64,000 nucleotides of DNA from positions 1-64,000 of the forward strand of contig RSEE01000157.1 of the NCBI GenBank assembly GCA_003971905.1. Direction: 5' to 3'. Of the stretch, positions 12,442 to 26,190 are shown one piece after another; position 1 is the stretch's first letter; each line of letters opens with the position of its first letter. Under the pieces are notes generated by a model that ran no database searches, was not told where the DNA came from, and saw only the letters and a program-made list of their open reading frames with translations. Source of the stretch: Moniliella sp. 'wahieum' (Eukaryota). Position numbers and translations under genes: made by a program.

Positions 12442-14376
12442 GCCGATCCGCATCCTCGCAATTGTACTACTCCTGCCACCCAAACCCCGTCTGCGTAGAG
12501 GAGAACACATCGAACTCCGCTGTGCTCGGCCTGTCCTCGTTTCATTCAGTCAAATAGGCGGCCAAACGCCTTGCATGGGTTCGTCGTGGCCTCACCCATC
12601 TACATTGATCGCGGTGCCCGCTTGACAGACTGGTTCTTGGCAGTCGAAACCGTCTCGGTCCAGTGTCCGGGCTGGGAATGCGGGACCCAGTAGCTATTTT
12701 GTTGACACGGAGGAACGGGCCGCTGCACCTTGTCCTTGCTTTCGGGGTGGTATAGCAAGTGGCCCAAGGAGTGGCACGTGCAAAGAGCGGGGGGGAAACC
12801 AAGTCGAAACTGTACCTTGTACCCCGTAGCCAACAAAGATAAACAAACCTGCTTGCCCAACCGCTTCTTGGCAGCGAAATGGGCAGTGCACTGACTGGTT
12901 GCTGGCGTGAGTCGCTGCCGTTTCCCGGTTACGGTTCAGCCGTCTACCCTGGGTACATGAGCACAAAGCGTTGCACATCAGCTCGCACAGAACCAATTCG
13001 GTCCGGCCCTCAATAGCTCCAAAGGCTCCACCACCGATAGTGGCTGTGGGGTTTCAGTTAGCTCAACACAGCAGCGATCGCCGACTCTATGTGAAAAAGG
13101 GAAGATTCACCTGCCAAAGAAACGCACGGATGGACGGAGCAGCGTGGTTATACGTTACGGCCTACAAGGGAGTGGTTGTGTGTGCCATACGGTTGGCGTA
13201 CCGGAGAGAGTTCGTTGAAATTGGTCAACACACAAACGACTTATTGCTATCCGTTTGAACGCTGGCCAGGAATGGGATTGGCACTGAACATGGAGATGTA
13301 CCAGGTACGATTGGCGCCACCGAAGATCCGGTTCCCTTGACCACCTGCACACGCCAAGCTGACGGGCGAGAGGGTAGAAACGGATGGTGGCGCTGAAGGC
13401 TGAAGAGCAAGACTACGGCGATAGGGTCCGCAGTGTGCTTATTGATCTGGGCGCGAGAGATATCCATTGAAGGTGTCGGGATGTTGCGCGATTCCCGTCA
13501 CGGTGACACGGCCGTTCCCATTTCAGTACCAGTTCGCAATGCTTCCCTTACAATGGGGGATCGCGCCATCTTGAAGCGCACTGCCAAGGCTGTACAACTG
13601 CCGCACGAACGCGGCCCGAGCTACTGGTGCGCTGCAGCGCGTACCCGTCTGACACTTTCCCACGAACGTACGCCGGAGGCCGTGCTCCCGCCCGGACACC
13701 ACCTGTAGCCTCGTGCGGAGCAAACTGCAAATGCTGTGCGCTGCGACTGAGTACTCAGACTGAGTGCTCAGGCTGAGCGCCGAGTAGGTCCTAGCTGCTG
13801 GGCAGGCCCTTCTCGAGCGTGCGGTGGGGTAAAACGACAACGTATCGGCTCCGCAGCAAACACCTCGGCGGCAACAATTTTGAGTGCACGACATGCACGC
13901 GGCACGTGACATGCAACGAGGGGGTGGCAATCGGCCAGGGCACAACCCTACCTGAACTGCTGCGGTACGGCGGAAGAATGGACCGAAGCAAGGTACGCTT
14001 CCTCTGCGGAAGAGCGGTACAAATATCAGAATTCCGACAAGACTGGCGAGGTGCCAGGAGGCAACCCTAGGTCCCGCGAAGCCAGCGGCGCCTCCGGGCC
14101 CTAGGTGGCTGGGAGAGGGTGTCGGACACCACCAGCCAAGCAAGGTCGTCAGTCAAGTGCGTATCTGTCCCTGTCCTTGGGAAGCGCAGTTGGGTCCGGC
14201 GTGACAGAGGGGGAGGAGAGATCGATGTGGTTCCGGATGCGGATGCGGATGCTGATGCCGGTGGACGATCGCACGGTTGACCCTCGAGTGCTGTCCGCTG
14301 GGATGGGGTGCTGGAGCGGTGGGACACAAGGGCTGACCTTTTGTTTGTTTGCATTTTCCGTTTGCCGTTTGCCAGG

Positions 14377-14993
14377 ATGGGTTTCCGTCACAACAACATT
14401 CTCCACAACAACCACTTCCGCAAGGACTGGCAGCGCCGGGTCAATGTGTGGTTTGACCAGCCCGGGGCGAAGAAGCGCAGGCGCAATGCGCGTGCTGCCA
14501 AGGTGGCGCGTTCGGGGCTCAAGCCGGTGGACGCGCTGCGCCCGGGTGCGCTGCCCGACCCTCAAGTACAACCGCAAGCTGCGTGCCGGTCGTGGGTTTA
14601 CGCTGGAGGAGTTGAAGGCGGCTGGGGTGCCGCAGAAGCTGGCGCGCGTGATTGGGATTGCGGTGGACCACCGCCGCAAGAACCGCTCGGAGGAGGGCCT
14701 GCGCCTGAACATTGAGCGCGTCAAGGCGTACCGTGAGCGCGTGGTGGTTATCCCTGCCAAGGGTAAGGGCGCCAAGCTCGCGGCTCGCCTCGGCTCCCAA
14801 GGTGCAGAACGTGGCGGCTGCCTTCCCCATTCCGGCCGGCACGGTCGCGGAGAAGCCCCGCGCGATCACCCAGGAGGAGAAGGACTTTGAGGCATTCAAG
14901 ACGCTCCGTCATGCGCGCAACACCCACCGCCAGGCCGGTGCCCGCGCTGCCCACCAGGCCAAGAAGGAAGCCGAGGAGAAGGCCAAGAAGTAA
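14377..14993 (+). CDS. RPL13: 60S ribosomal protein L13 (eL13)
   Basis: [80 protein letters not shown]. Indels present. 5'UTR intron 14157-14375 ends 1 nt before the ATG. Confidence 0.96.
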
Positions 14994-15363
14994 ATTGGCG
15001 CTTGACTATCTTTGGACGATGGAACAGGAAAGAGAGGATGATGAATGCTGTGATCGTGGGTGGATCACAGTCTGTCCCTCTCCTCCTCCTTTCAATATGG
15101 CATCAAAAAAGTACGGCTTTGGATCCTCTTTGTGGGGGCCCTGGCCGCACCAGCTCCCCCCTGTGGACAGGGCGTCAAGGTTTGGGGCGCGCTTTCCTAT
15201 AGCGGAAGAGCTGAAACCTCGCTTTCATTTTATGCTCCCAGGCTCCCCTCATGATCCTTCCCACCTCCCTATAGCGCGATCGGAATCCGGATCAGTCCAT
15301 AGCGGTATGCATAGCTGGCTCGGTCTGACTCGAAAAAAAGGGCCATACGGGTGCTGGATAGAG

Positions 15364-16270
15364 TTAGGAATGGAACAAGCCTGCTTCGCGCTCGATGCGC
15401 GGCACCGTCCCTGACCGGGCCATGTTGAGAAGCGACAAGTAGATGGTCCAGAAAACCTGATGCGGGGGGTTAGTACCTAGTTAGGATCGGCCCGGGCATG
15501 AGAGCAGAGAGGAGGGGGACGCACCCCGCACGTCGACATGAACGGCACACGGTACTTGAGCGGCATGAAACGAAAGTTGACCAATTGGACCACGGGCCAT
15601 ACTTGCCAATTGGCCAATAAGGCTTCGGTGTACATCTGGTGAGTCTCCAAAGTCAGCTTGGTTGTATCGTGGGTGGGAGGCACGTACGGATCGGTACTTG
15701 TCCCCGATCTCCTTGGGAGCCTGTCCTTCCAAGACGGAGATGACGCCAATGAATGCCGCGACGGAGAAGGGGCCACTGGGAAGGTGTAACATGTAAGCAG
15801 GACAAGCACAGATCAGATCAGGGCAGAGCAGAGCCGCCGAAGCGGAAGCAGGAGCAGGAAGCAGAAACAGAAGCGGACGAACAAGATGGTTTGATCTACG
15901 ACGACCCGTCGGAACAGGAGAGGCAAGCGGACCACGCCCGCTTGCACAATGGGAAACCGGCGCTCCAGCATCTTGTTCCATACATCCAACGGCGGAGCCA
16001 TGAACATGCCAAAGCCGAGAACGGGCGGAGCGGGCCAGGTCAAAGCCCACGGCCGATGGGGCTGCTGCTACGTCCGGCACGACGGCGGGCTTTTCTTCCA
16101 GCTCGGAGCTGGCTGCAGCAGGCCGAGTGGGGGGCGGTGGCCGCGTACAGCTCAAAGCCCTGTGCACACGCATCAGCCACGACGCTCAGGCCGCCATTGG
16201 TGGCAGCCAAGGTGAGCCACGGATGGCGCTCAAACGAGCGGCCATAGAACGCAGAGAAGCGAGCGAACAT
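15364..16270 (-). CDS. Mpv17/PMP22 family membrane protein
   Basis: RHPWLTLAATNGGLSVVADACAQ..FGMFMAPPLDVWNKMLERRFP..RVVVDQ..LANWQVWPVVQLVNFRFMPLKYRVPF..FWTIYLSLLN. Several introns. Confidence 0.9.
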
Positions 16271-16989
16271 GTGGGCGCAGGTTGGCGGGGGGAAGCAGCA
16301 CGCGACGGCACGTGGAGCTGCTGGACTCGTCTGATCATTTCAGTGTGCTTGCCTTGTGGCGAGGGATGGGGACCAGGCGGAGGAGGATGGCATTCAGGCA
16401 CGACGTGCTGCCGACGACGCTGACGGGCGGAGGAGGGCGCCGTGCGCTGCTAAGCCTTAGCGCTACCCCCCGGCCGGCGGACGGAGGAAGTGCGACCAAG
16501 ACGACGCAAGCGGGACGTGCCCAGAGGCACAGCCAGCCCATCGTAGCCCGTCGCCCAGTCCCGTCAGCGTCTCGGCTGCAACACGGCCGACAACAAGACT
16601 GCTTCCACGGTGCTTCCGCCTGCGCACTAGGGTTGCCGTTTCTGAGCCACACTCGCGTCCCTGCGCGTCGATTTTTCTCGCGTGCTGCGACGCGGACGGA
16701 CGCGACCTGGAAGTGTACAGGGAGCACGCCCCGCTCCCGCCCGTCCCCCCCCTCCGTCGCCCCCCGTCCCCGCCTCACCACCGTCCGCCTCTTCCCCAGT
16801 AGCACGCCCTCGCGACGTCGGCCCTGGCTTGGAGCATAAAAACCAAAAAAGTATGTTGTTCTACCGTGTATGCCTGCCCCTGCTGACGCTCCATGTGCTT
16901 ACTCTCCAGACCCCCCAAAAACCATAAAACACCTGAACCCCCCCCCCAGGAACCCCCCTCCCCATTCCCTTCCCTTGTGCTTGACCATC

Positions 16990-18873
<1,884 letters not shown>

Positions 18874-19232
18874 CGGAGGGGGGCAGGATGCATGCTGTAT
18901 GCATGCTGTAGGGGTCGGCGGGTGTGTGTGCGCGGGGATAGGGTTGGGGGTAGGCGATGCTGCAGACGTACAACGAACGGTTGGATAGCTCCCTCGCGCG
19001 CTGACGTACGCAGCCACAAGCAGCCATGCCTGACGCGTGCTGACGTTGAACGTTCAACCCGCGGTGAATATTGGATGCTGATCAGCACAGCCAGCACGGC
19101 GCATCGATCACCGATCCGCTCACCGCGGCCCCCAGCCAGCCCAGCCACCCACGCCGGTGGCGGCCAGGCGCGCTCCACGCCCACACCCACACCCACGCCC
19201 ACGCCCCCCACCACCACCGCCTGCTCCTCGCC

Positions 19233-21071
19233 ATGGGCAACCTCTGCAGCTGCGGCCGCTCCCGCCACGCCCAGTACGAGCCGCTGCTGCTCGACACGGA
19301 GCGCGACGCCGTGGCCGACCTGCTCCAGTACCTCGAGAACCGCTCCGAGACGGACTTTTTCCAAGGCGAGCCGCTCAAGGCGCTGTCGACGCTCTCCTTT
19401 AGCGACAATGTCGACCTCCAGCGCAGTGCCGCGCTGGCCTTTGCCGAGATCACCGAGAAGGAGGTCCGCGAGGTCGGCCCCGACACGCTCAAGCCCATCC
19501 TCTTCCTGCTCCAGAGCCCGGACGTGGAGGTGCAGCGCGCGGCGAGCGCGGCGCTGGGCAACCTGGCCGTAAACAGTATGTTTGGTTTGGTTTTGTTTGC
19601 GCTCGTTGTGTTTGGTCTGCTTGTTGACCATGTGCCTTCTCGTCCTCTTCTTTCTGACCCGTGCGCCGTGCTCCTCCCCAGAAAACAAGCTGCTGATCGT
19701 GCGCATGAAGGGGCTCGAGCCGCTCATCCACCAGATGCTCAGCCACAACGTCGAAGTCCAGTGCAATGCCGTCGGCTGCATCACCAACCTGGCCACCCAC
19801 GACGAAAACAAAACCAAGATTGCCCAGTCGGGTGCGCTGCTGCCCTTGACGCAGCTGGCGCGGTCGAAGGACATGCGTGTGCAGCGCAATGCGACCGGCG
19901 CGCTGCTCAACATGACCCACAGCGACGAGAACCGGCAACAACTGGTCGCTGCCAATGCGATCCCTGTGCTGGTCAGCTTGCTTTCCAGCAACGATACCGA
20001 TGTGCAGTACTACTGCACCACCGCGCTCAGCAACATTGCTGTCGATGCAGAGAACCGGACCAAGTTGGCGCAGACGCAGCCCACGCTCGTGCAACGCTTG
20101 ATCGCCTTGATGGATAGCAACAGTCTGCGCGTTCAGTGCCAAGCTGCGCTCGCACTGCGCAACTTGGCCAGCGACGAGAAGTACCAAGTGGAGATTGTCC
20201 GCTTTGGCGGGCTGACTCCACTGCTGCGCCTGCTCCAGAGCTCCTTCCTACCTCTCATCCTCTCTGCCGCTGCGTGCGTGCGCAACGTCTCGATCGACCC
20301 CCACAACGAGACAGCGATCATCGAGGCGGGCTTCTTGCACCCGCTGATTGAGCTGTTGAGCCACGACGACAATGAGGAGATCCAGTGCCATGCCATTTCG
20401 ACCTTGCGCAACTTGGCAGCCAGCAGCGAGCGCAACAAGGCCGAGATTGTGGCCGCGGGCGCGGTGCAGCGCATCAAAGCACTTGTGCTGCATGTGCCAC
20501 TGGCAGTGCAGAGCGAGATGACGGCCTGTGTCGCGGTGCTGGCCTTGAGCGAGGACTTGAAGCCGCAACTGCTCGGGATGGGCATTTGTGAAGTTCTCAT
20601 CCCGCTCACGGCGAGTGAGAATGTAGAGGTACAGGGCAACTCGGCCGCCGCACTGGGCAACCTGGCCAGCAAGAGCGAAGACTATGCACCGTTCAATGCG
20701 GTTTGGGACCACCCAGGCGGTGGGTTGGAGGCCTATCTCGTTCGTTTCCTCGAAAGTGGCGACTCGACCTTCCAGCACATTGCCGTCTGGACCGTGCTCC
20801 AATTGCTCGAGGGCAAGGACCCGGAGCTGGAAGAACACTTTAAGCGATCCCCAAGATCCTGCCCTTGGTGCGCCAACTCGCCTTTGCCCCGTCCGAGTAC
20901 CCGCCGGACACGTCCGAGCACAAGGAAGGCGGGTCCGACGTCTCGGGGTCTCCCGAAGGTTCATCGATCGTGCCCTCCAACTCGGGCTCGGACGACCAAG
21001 GCGCCGAGGCGGAAATTGCCAACTTGGCCCAGCGCCTGGTTGCCATGCTGGAGGAGGACGAACAAAATTGA
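19233..21071 (+). CDS. VAC8: Vacuolar armadillo-repeat protein Vac8
   Basis: MGNLCSC acylation leader; [46 protein letters not shown] repeats [15 protein letters not shown] and others. Intron 19576-19681. Confidence 0.97.
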
Positions 21072-21686
21072 GTTGGTGAGGTGTGCGTGCCGTCTCTCCC
21101 CTGTTCCTGCTCCCTCCCCCCCCCGCCCCAACCTGGCCATACGTAACCCGCACGCAACCCAGGTTGGGGCGGAGGGTAGGAGGGAGTAGGATACCACGTG
21201 TATCCCTTGCCATGCGGGCAATCAACGAGGAGATCGTGGCCCACCCTCTGTGCCGCTCCGAGTGTTTCTCCTGCATCTGTTTCCCACTATGGTCCTTTCT
21301 TTTCCGTAGGTATCTTTTGCTCCACGGCCCTTTCCCCCGCCTCCCGCCATGTTTCGCTTTCCTCCCTCTTCCCATCTGCCCTACCCGCCTTTCCTGCCCC
21401 CGTCCCGAGGTGAACTTTTTTTTTGTCTATTGTTTGGTGCTGGAACGCCGACAAGCTGCTTCCCCCATCCGCCATTGATCTACATACACCATTTCCTCAG
21501 GTCCTTCTTCAGCTGCGAGCCGCACAGGTGGAGTGGCGGAGAGACGGTTGTAGGTGGCAGCGGGTGAGATACAGACAACGTGCTATAACACGCACTGATT
21601 CGATTGCTCACATGGGGAGCGCAGTGACTGGTGAGGGCGATCGGATGGGCCGTCATTACACAGTACACAGTTCCAAAAAGTATAAA

Positions 21687-21758
21687 TGGACGAACAGGGA
21701 ATTGAACTCCGGACCTCATGCATGCTAAGCAAGCGCTCTACCCCTGAGCTATCCGCCC
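21687..21758 (-). tRNA. tRNA-Ala(AGC)
   Basis: GGGCGGA-TA-GCTC-AGGGGTA-GAGC-G-CTTGC-TTAGCAT-GCATG-AGGTC-CGGAG-TTCAATT-CCCTG-TTCGTCC-A. G3:U70 Ala identity pair and a downstream T-run. One mismatch each in the anticodon and T stems. Confidence 0.85.
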
Positions 21759-22477
21759 GTACTGGCCTTCGCAGGTCATTCAGAGGGACCTGGAGATGAT
21801 CAAGCCAGGGGCTAGAATTGGCAATTCCCCGCCACTGATTAACCTACTTTCGTCCCTCAGTCCAAGCGTAGGTGCCGGCAGCCAAGGCGGACAGACCCAG
21901 CGTAGGAGAAATCTTGGCCAACACGCGCCCCCATCTACCCTACCACCCGCCTACAACCTCTCCAGTACCCTGGCCACACGGGCGTACAGCGTCCGAGCGC
22001 TGGCCGTGCCTGCCCGTCGGGAAGAAGCGATGGGAAAACTCTCCTGTTTGGGGCCGACCAAACCACAAGCGGGCGGCGTAGGGAAGCACCAGGGTGAAGC
22101 TGGTCACCGAAGGAGGAAGGCGTGCCGAATCAGATTCGCGTGTCGGACGTCCTCTCTTTCACTTTCACATTCACTTTCACTCTCTCGTTCGCTTGGCCAG
22201 GGTCGCACGCCCACCCACGTACCACTGTCCCCGCCCGGCAGGCTATCGGGGCAAAAGAGGCACGCGCGGGGCCGCCAAGCGGCGGCGGCTCAGGCTGAGC
22301 AGTGCGCCTGAACGCCGCGAGGGATCGGTGAGTAGTTGGTTCGAAACGAGCGATGGCGAGCAGGCAGAACACAGGCCGCGCGAAGCACCCAGCAGTGGCA
22401 ATGAATTTTTTGAGAGTACAAGTACAGCGACCGCGTGCGGGGCCCAGGCGCGAGGCTAGGGAGATGGGGCGAGGAGA

Positions 22478-22768
22478 CTAGCGCGCCTCAAAGTGCAACT
22501 GGACGAAGAAAAGGAAGGAGAGGTCAGCCGAGTGATCGCATGGCAACCCAGACCCAGTCCGAAGGGTAGCGCAGCGCAGCGGGCGGGCAGATGGCCAACG
22601 TACCATCTTGGTCGTCCGGGGCTTGTACACGATCCGGTGGCCGCACTCTTTGCAGCGGATGGGCTCCTTGGGCCGGATCTCGACCTTGGCGGAACACGCT
22701 CCGCAGATGTACTGCGGCACACTCTGGGGCTTCGAGGCGTAGGGGGCGCCGGTGGCGTAGGTGCTCAT
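22478..22768 (-). CDS. RPB12: RNA polymerases I/II/III shared subunit Rpb12 (RPABC4), intron 22603-22499
   Basis: YICGACSAKVEIRPKEPIRCKECGHRIVYKPRTTKM|LHFEAR*: zinc ribbon plus the conserved FEAR end. Confidence 0.95.
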   Translation of the reverse strand: MSTYATGAPYASKPQSVPQYICGACSAKVEIRPKEPIRCKECGHRIVYKPRTTKMVRWPSARPLRCATLRTGSGLPCDHSADLSFLFFVQLHFEAR

Positions 22769-22966
22769 GGCGCGCAGGTGGCGGTGGTGGCGGCAGCCTA
22801 ATCGAAATCCCCCTCGCCCCGCCCGACAAATTTAGATGGGCTCGGCGCGGCTTACTTCAGCCTCTCCCCCGCCAGGTTCCGCTAGCGACGCCAGCCCAGC
22901 AAGAAAAAATACCGTCCCACGCTTGGCTGTCCTCCATCGGAGCTTCCTGGCCTGCTCCCCGCCCCA

Positions 22967-23669
22967 ATGTCGTTCCGTGGTGGCCGTGGTGGCTTTGGCG
23001 AGCGCGGTGGCCGTGGGGGATTCCGCGGCGGGCGTGGAGGTGCGCGTCCCTTCACTGCTGGCCCGCCCGACACGGTGCAAGAGATGGGCAGCTTGGTGCA
23101 TGCCGTGGAAGGCGAGATGCTGTGTGCGTCAACGGACGCCAAGCACGTCCCTTACTTCAACGCTCCCATCTAGTATGTATCTCTTTGCGCGCCTGTGCGC
23201 CCCGCGTCCGCGTCCGCCACCGCCCTTGCGCCCCAACACCCTGACCCGTTGTCGCTTTCCGATAGCTTGCAAAACAAGTCGCAAATCGGTAAGGTGGACG
23301 AGATTCTGGGCGCGATCAACCAAGTGTTCTTCACTGTCAAGATGGATGCTGGCATGGTCGCGTCCTCGTTCAAGCCGGAGGATAAGGTGTACATTGGAGG
23401 CGACCGTCTGCTGCCCATTGAGCGGTTTTTGCCCAAACCCAAGGCACCCAAGGTGGCCAAGAAAAAGTCCAGCTCCCAGCGCGGCGGCTTGGGTGGCAGC
23501 CGCGGCGCCCCGCGCGGTCGCGGTGCATTTGCCGGCCGCGGTGGTCGGGGGGCTTCTCGACTGCGCGGGGGTGGACGGGGCGGGTTTGGTGCGCCCCGCG
23601 GAGGGGGGTGGGTTTGGTGCGCGCGGCGGCGGACGCGGTGGCTTCCGCGGCGGGCGGGGAGGATACTAA
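22967..23669 (+). CDS. GAR1: H/ACA snoRNP subunit Gar1
   Basis: N- and C-terminal RGG repeats; core [60 protein letters not shown]. One intron. Confidence 0.96.
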
Positions 23670-24964
23670 ATGAGCCTCAGATTCCCCCCCCCACCCCTCC
23701 CTCTGTGGGAGGATTGAGCGCTCATGTCGGCCAGGCGTGAGAGGCGCGTGGCTCGTCCTGCGCTGGGTGTACGAAGGCAAGGTTCGTTGTACTAGTTACC
23801 TTTCTTTTCCTCTCGGTCTGCTAGACTGGACAAACAAACGGTCACGATAGAGCTGTATGGTGTGATGGGATAGGACAGGGCTCATGGACGGTAAGCATGG
23901 AGGGTATCTGGTACTGGGCGTCCCGCCGTCCCCCTTTGGATGGCGTGCAGGTGCAATGCGATCGGGATGAGGAAAGAAAGAGGAGCAACGGGGACGAAAC
24001 AGATGGCCCTGTCGCCCTCGTTGTGGGCAGCTTGATGGTGGTAAACAAGGAGGATGTCATCGAGGAATGACCGTGGCAGGAAAAGGGCATGTGTGATGCG
24101 CCACTCTTCCATCCCACACGGACTTCTCATTTGCCCCGGGGTTGGCTTAAGGAAAACTGAGGTATAGGTTGGATTCACTTCGAGGGACTGAGAGACTAGC
24201 AATGACTTTGATCGTCCACTTGTGTTCGTTCATTAATCATTTCTCTCCGACCTATTTTGGGAAACAGTCTCCTTTTTGTGACTTATATTGTTATTCAGTT
24301 TCTTCGTTGACAGCAGACCTATATCTCGTGGATCTCGTGCTCTGCTTCTGTGGTATGAAGGTTTCGGATTTGGTCTGATGCCGGTTGCGACTTTGGTTGA
24401 GCGCCAGGATTCGCTCGTTCGGATGCAAGAAAAAGCCCACAGAGTGGAGGCGCCGTTCTGCCCGCTAGGGGAACGTCATTCTGTCGGTGACGGTGCTGAT
24501 ACAAATGATACATTGTCACCAACAGCCCACTAGTAGCTACAATATGGAAGGGCTACAGCCAACAGAGGATAGTAGGAACGGAACGGAAGGACCTAAGACG
24601 GAGGTTGGGACGGTGGGGGTTAGGTGGACAGGTGCATGGATAAAGTGAAGTTGATATATGGCCTGCAAATGGGAAGTCCCATTCCCAGGAGAAAGGAGAA
24701 GGCGCTTGAGGCCGTGTTGAAAAAGGCTGCCCCCGTGCGGTGCTCTACCGCAGGTGGCCAGAGTGGTGGGGTTGCGGCAGGGCGGAATGGGGTGGTGGTT
24801 CCGCTGGGCGGGTGGATAGCTGAGGTGGTGGGTGATTGGGTGCTGGTTGGTACTGTTTGGTGCGGTTGGTGCGGCTGTGGGGGCGCGAATTGAGTGTTGT
24901 TCTCTCATGGCCTGGCCACGACCAACATCCCCGCCGCCACCACCTCCTCTTCCTCCTCCTCCCC

Positions 24965-26190
24965 ATGTTTCCACGCTCCAAGGCTGCCCCCATGGACTGG
25001 GAGCGGGACGAGGAGATCATCTCCTCCCCCATCTGGACCCCCCGCGCACCGCACCAGCCCCCACCACAGGCGGCGGACGAGTCGGTGCCGGATGTTGAGA
25101 TGGCGGACCAGTCGCTCCTGTCCCCCGAGGAAGATGCCAATCAAGCACAAGCACTTACCCACGCCGGTGCTGCTGCATCGTTCCATTCCGCAGTGGCGGG
25201 TGGGCCCGCGGCTGCAGCGCACAGCGAGGAAGAAGAACGGAGGCCGCGGGTGTTTGAGAAGAACCATTTGTTCCACGCTACGCGGGCGCGCGGAGCGGCC
25301 GAACGTGCGCGTGGGTTGCGCCACCGCCGCTCGCAACGTGCTTTGGTTCCGTCCGGCTCAGTGGACGATCCGGACCAAGACGACGCCGACGAGAGCGATA
25401 AAGCAGGCGATGTGAGTCTGTCGCGTGCGGCGGGCACGGCGATCAATTATTTCTTCTCCTCGCCTGTCCCGCCCCCGTGCCAACATCGTTGACTCACTTT
25501 GATTGGCCCGAAGTTCTGCTTGGGTACGTCCCCCCCCCCCGCCCCCCCCCCCCGCCCCCCTCCTTTCCATGATCGTCGTCGCTGACCAACGCAAACTAGC
25601 TACGCCCAGTTCATCTTTAATGCCTCGTCCTCGTTGGCATCCTGTGGGTGGCCTACATTATTCTTGCCACCATCACCAGCGATGTGCGGGAACGAGTGGA
25701 GGAGACGATGGACTCGATGAGCCATGTGCTGGAATGCTCAAGGCTGTTTGACATGTACAAGTGTGGCACGCCCCAAGAGCTAGCGCCGTCCTACAACAAC
25801 TGTCGGGAATGGGAACGGTGCAAGGTGCGCAACCCGTCGGTAGTCGGGCGTACGGCCGTCGCCGCCGGTTTGTTGGCCGAGACGCTCAACCAATTCTTCG
25901 ATGGCCTGTCGTGGAAGACAACGCTGGTGCTGCTGGTGCTAGTTGCGCTTGTCGTGCGCGCCGCCAACTCCTTCTTTGCCTACTTCCGCATCCAAACGGC
26001 CCAGCGCCGCTCCCAGCGTTCTCGCTCTCGCTCTCGTTCCCGCCCACGCTCCCGCCCCCACCCGGACGACTACTACGCCCATGCGTTGCGGGCGCCGCCG
26101 GCTGCCGTGCGCACACGTACTGCACCAGCTGTTGTGCCTTGGCATCCGGACGACTCGGCAGATGCCTCGGCGGACGTGACGTCGACGTGA
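24965..26190 (+). CDS. Nuclear envelope protein, Brr6/Brl1 family
   Basis: YAQFIFN, a TM segment, then the four-Cys lumenal domain ECSRLFDMYKCG..CREWERCKVRNPSVVGR..AETLNQFFDGLSWKT, then a second TM segment. Confidence 0.85.

Noticed and set aside
12650..13900. Possible gene between TIM8 and RPL13
   Set aside because: No ORF with a recognisable family. A frameshifted orphan cannot be excluded without RNA-seq.
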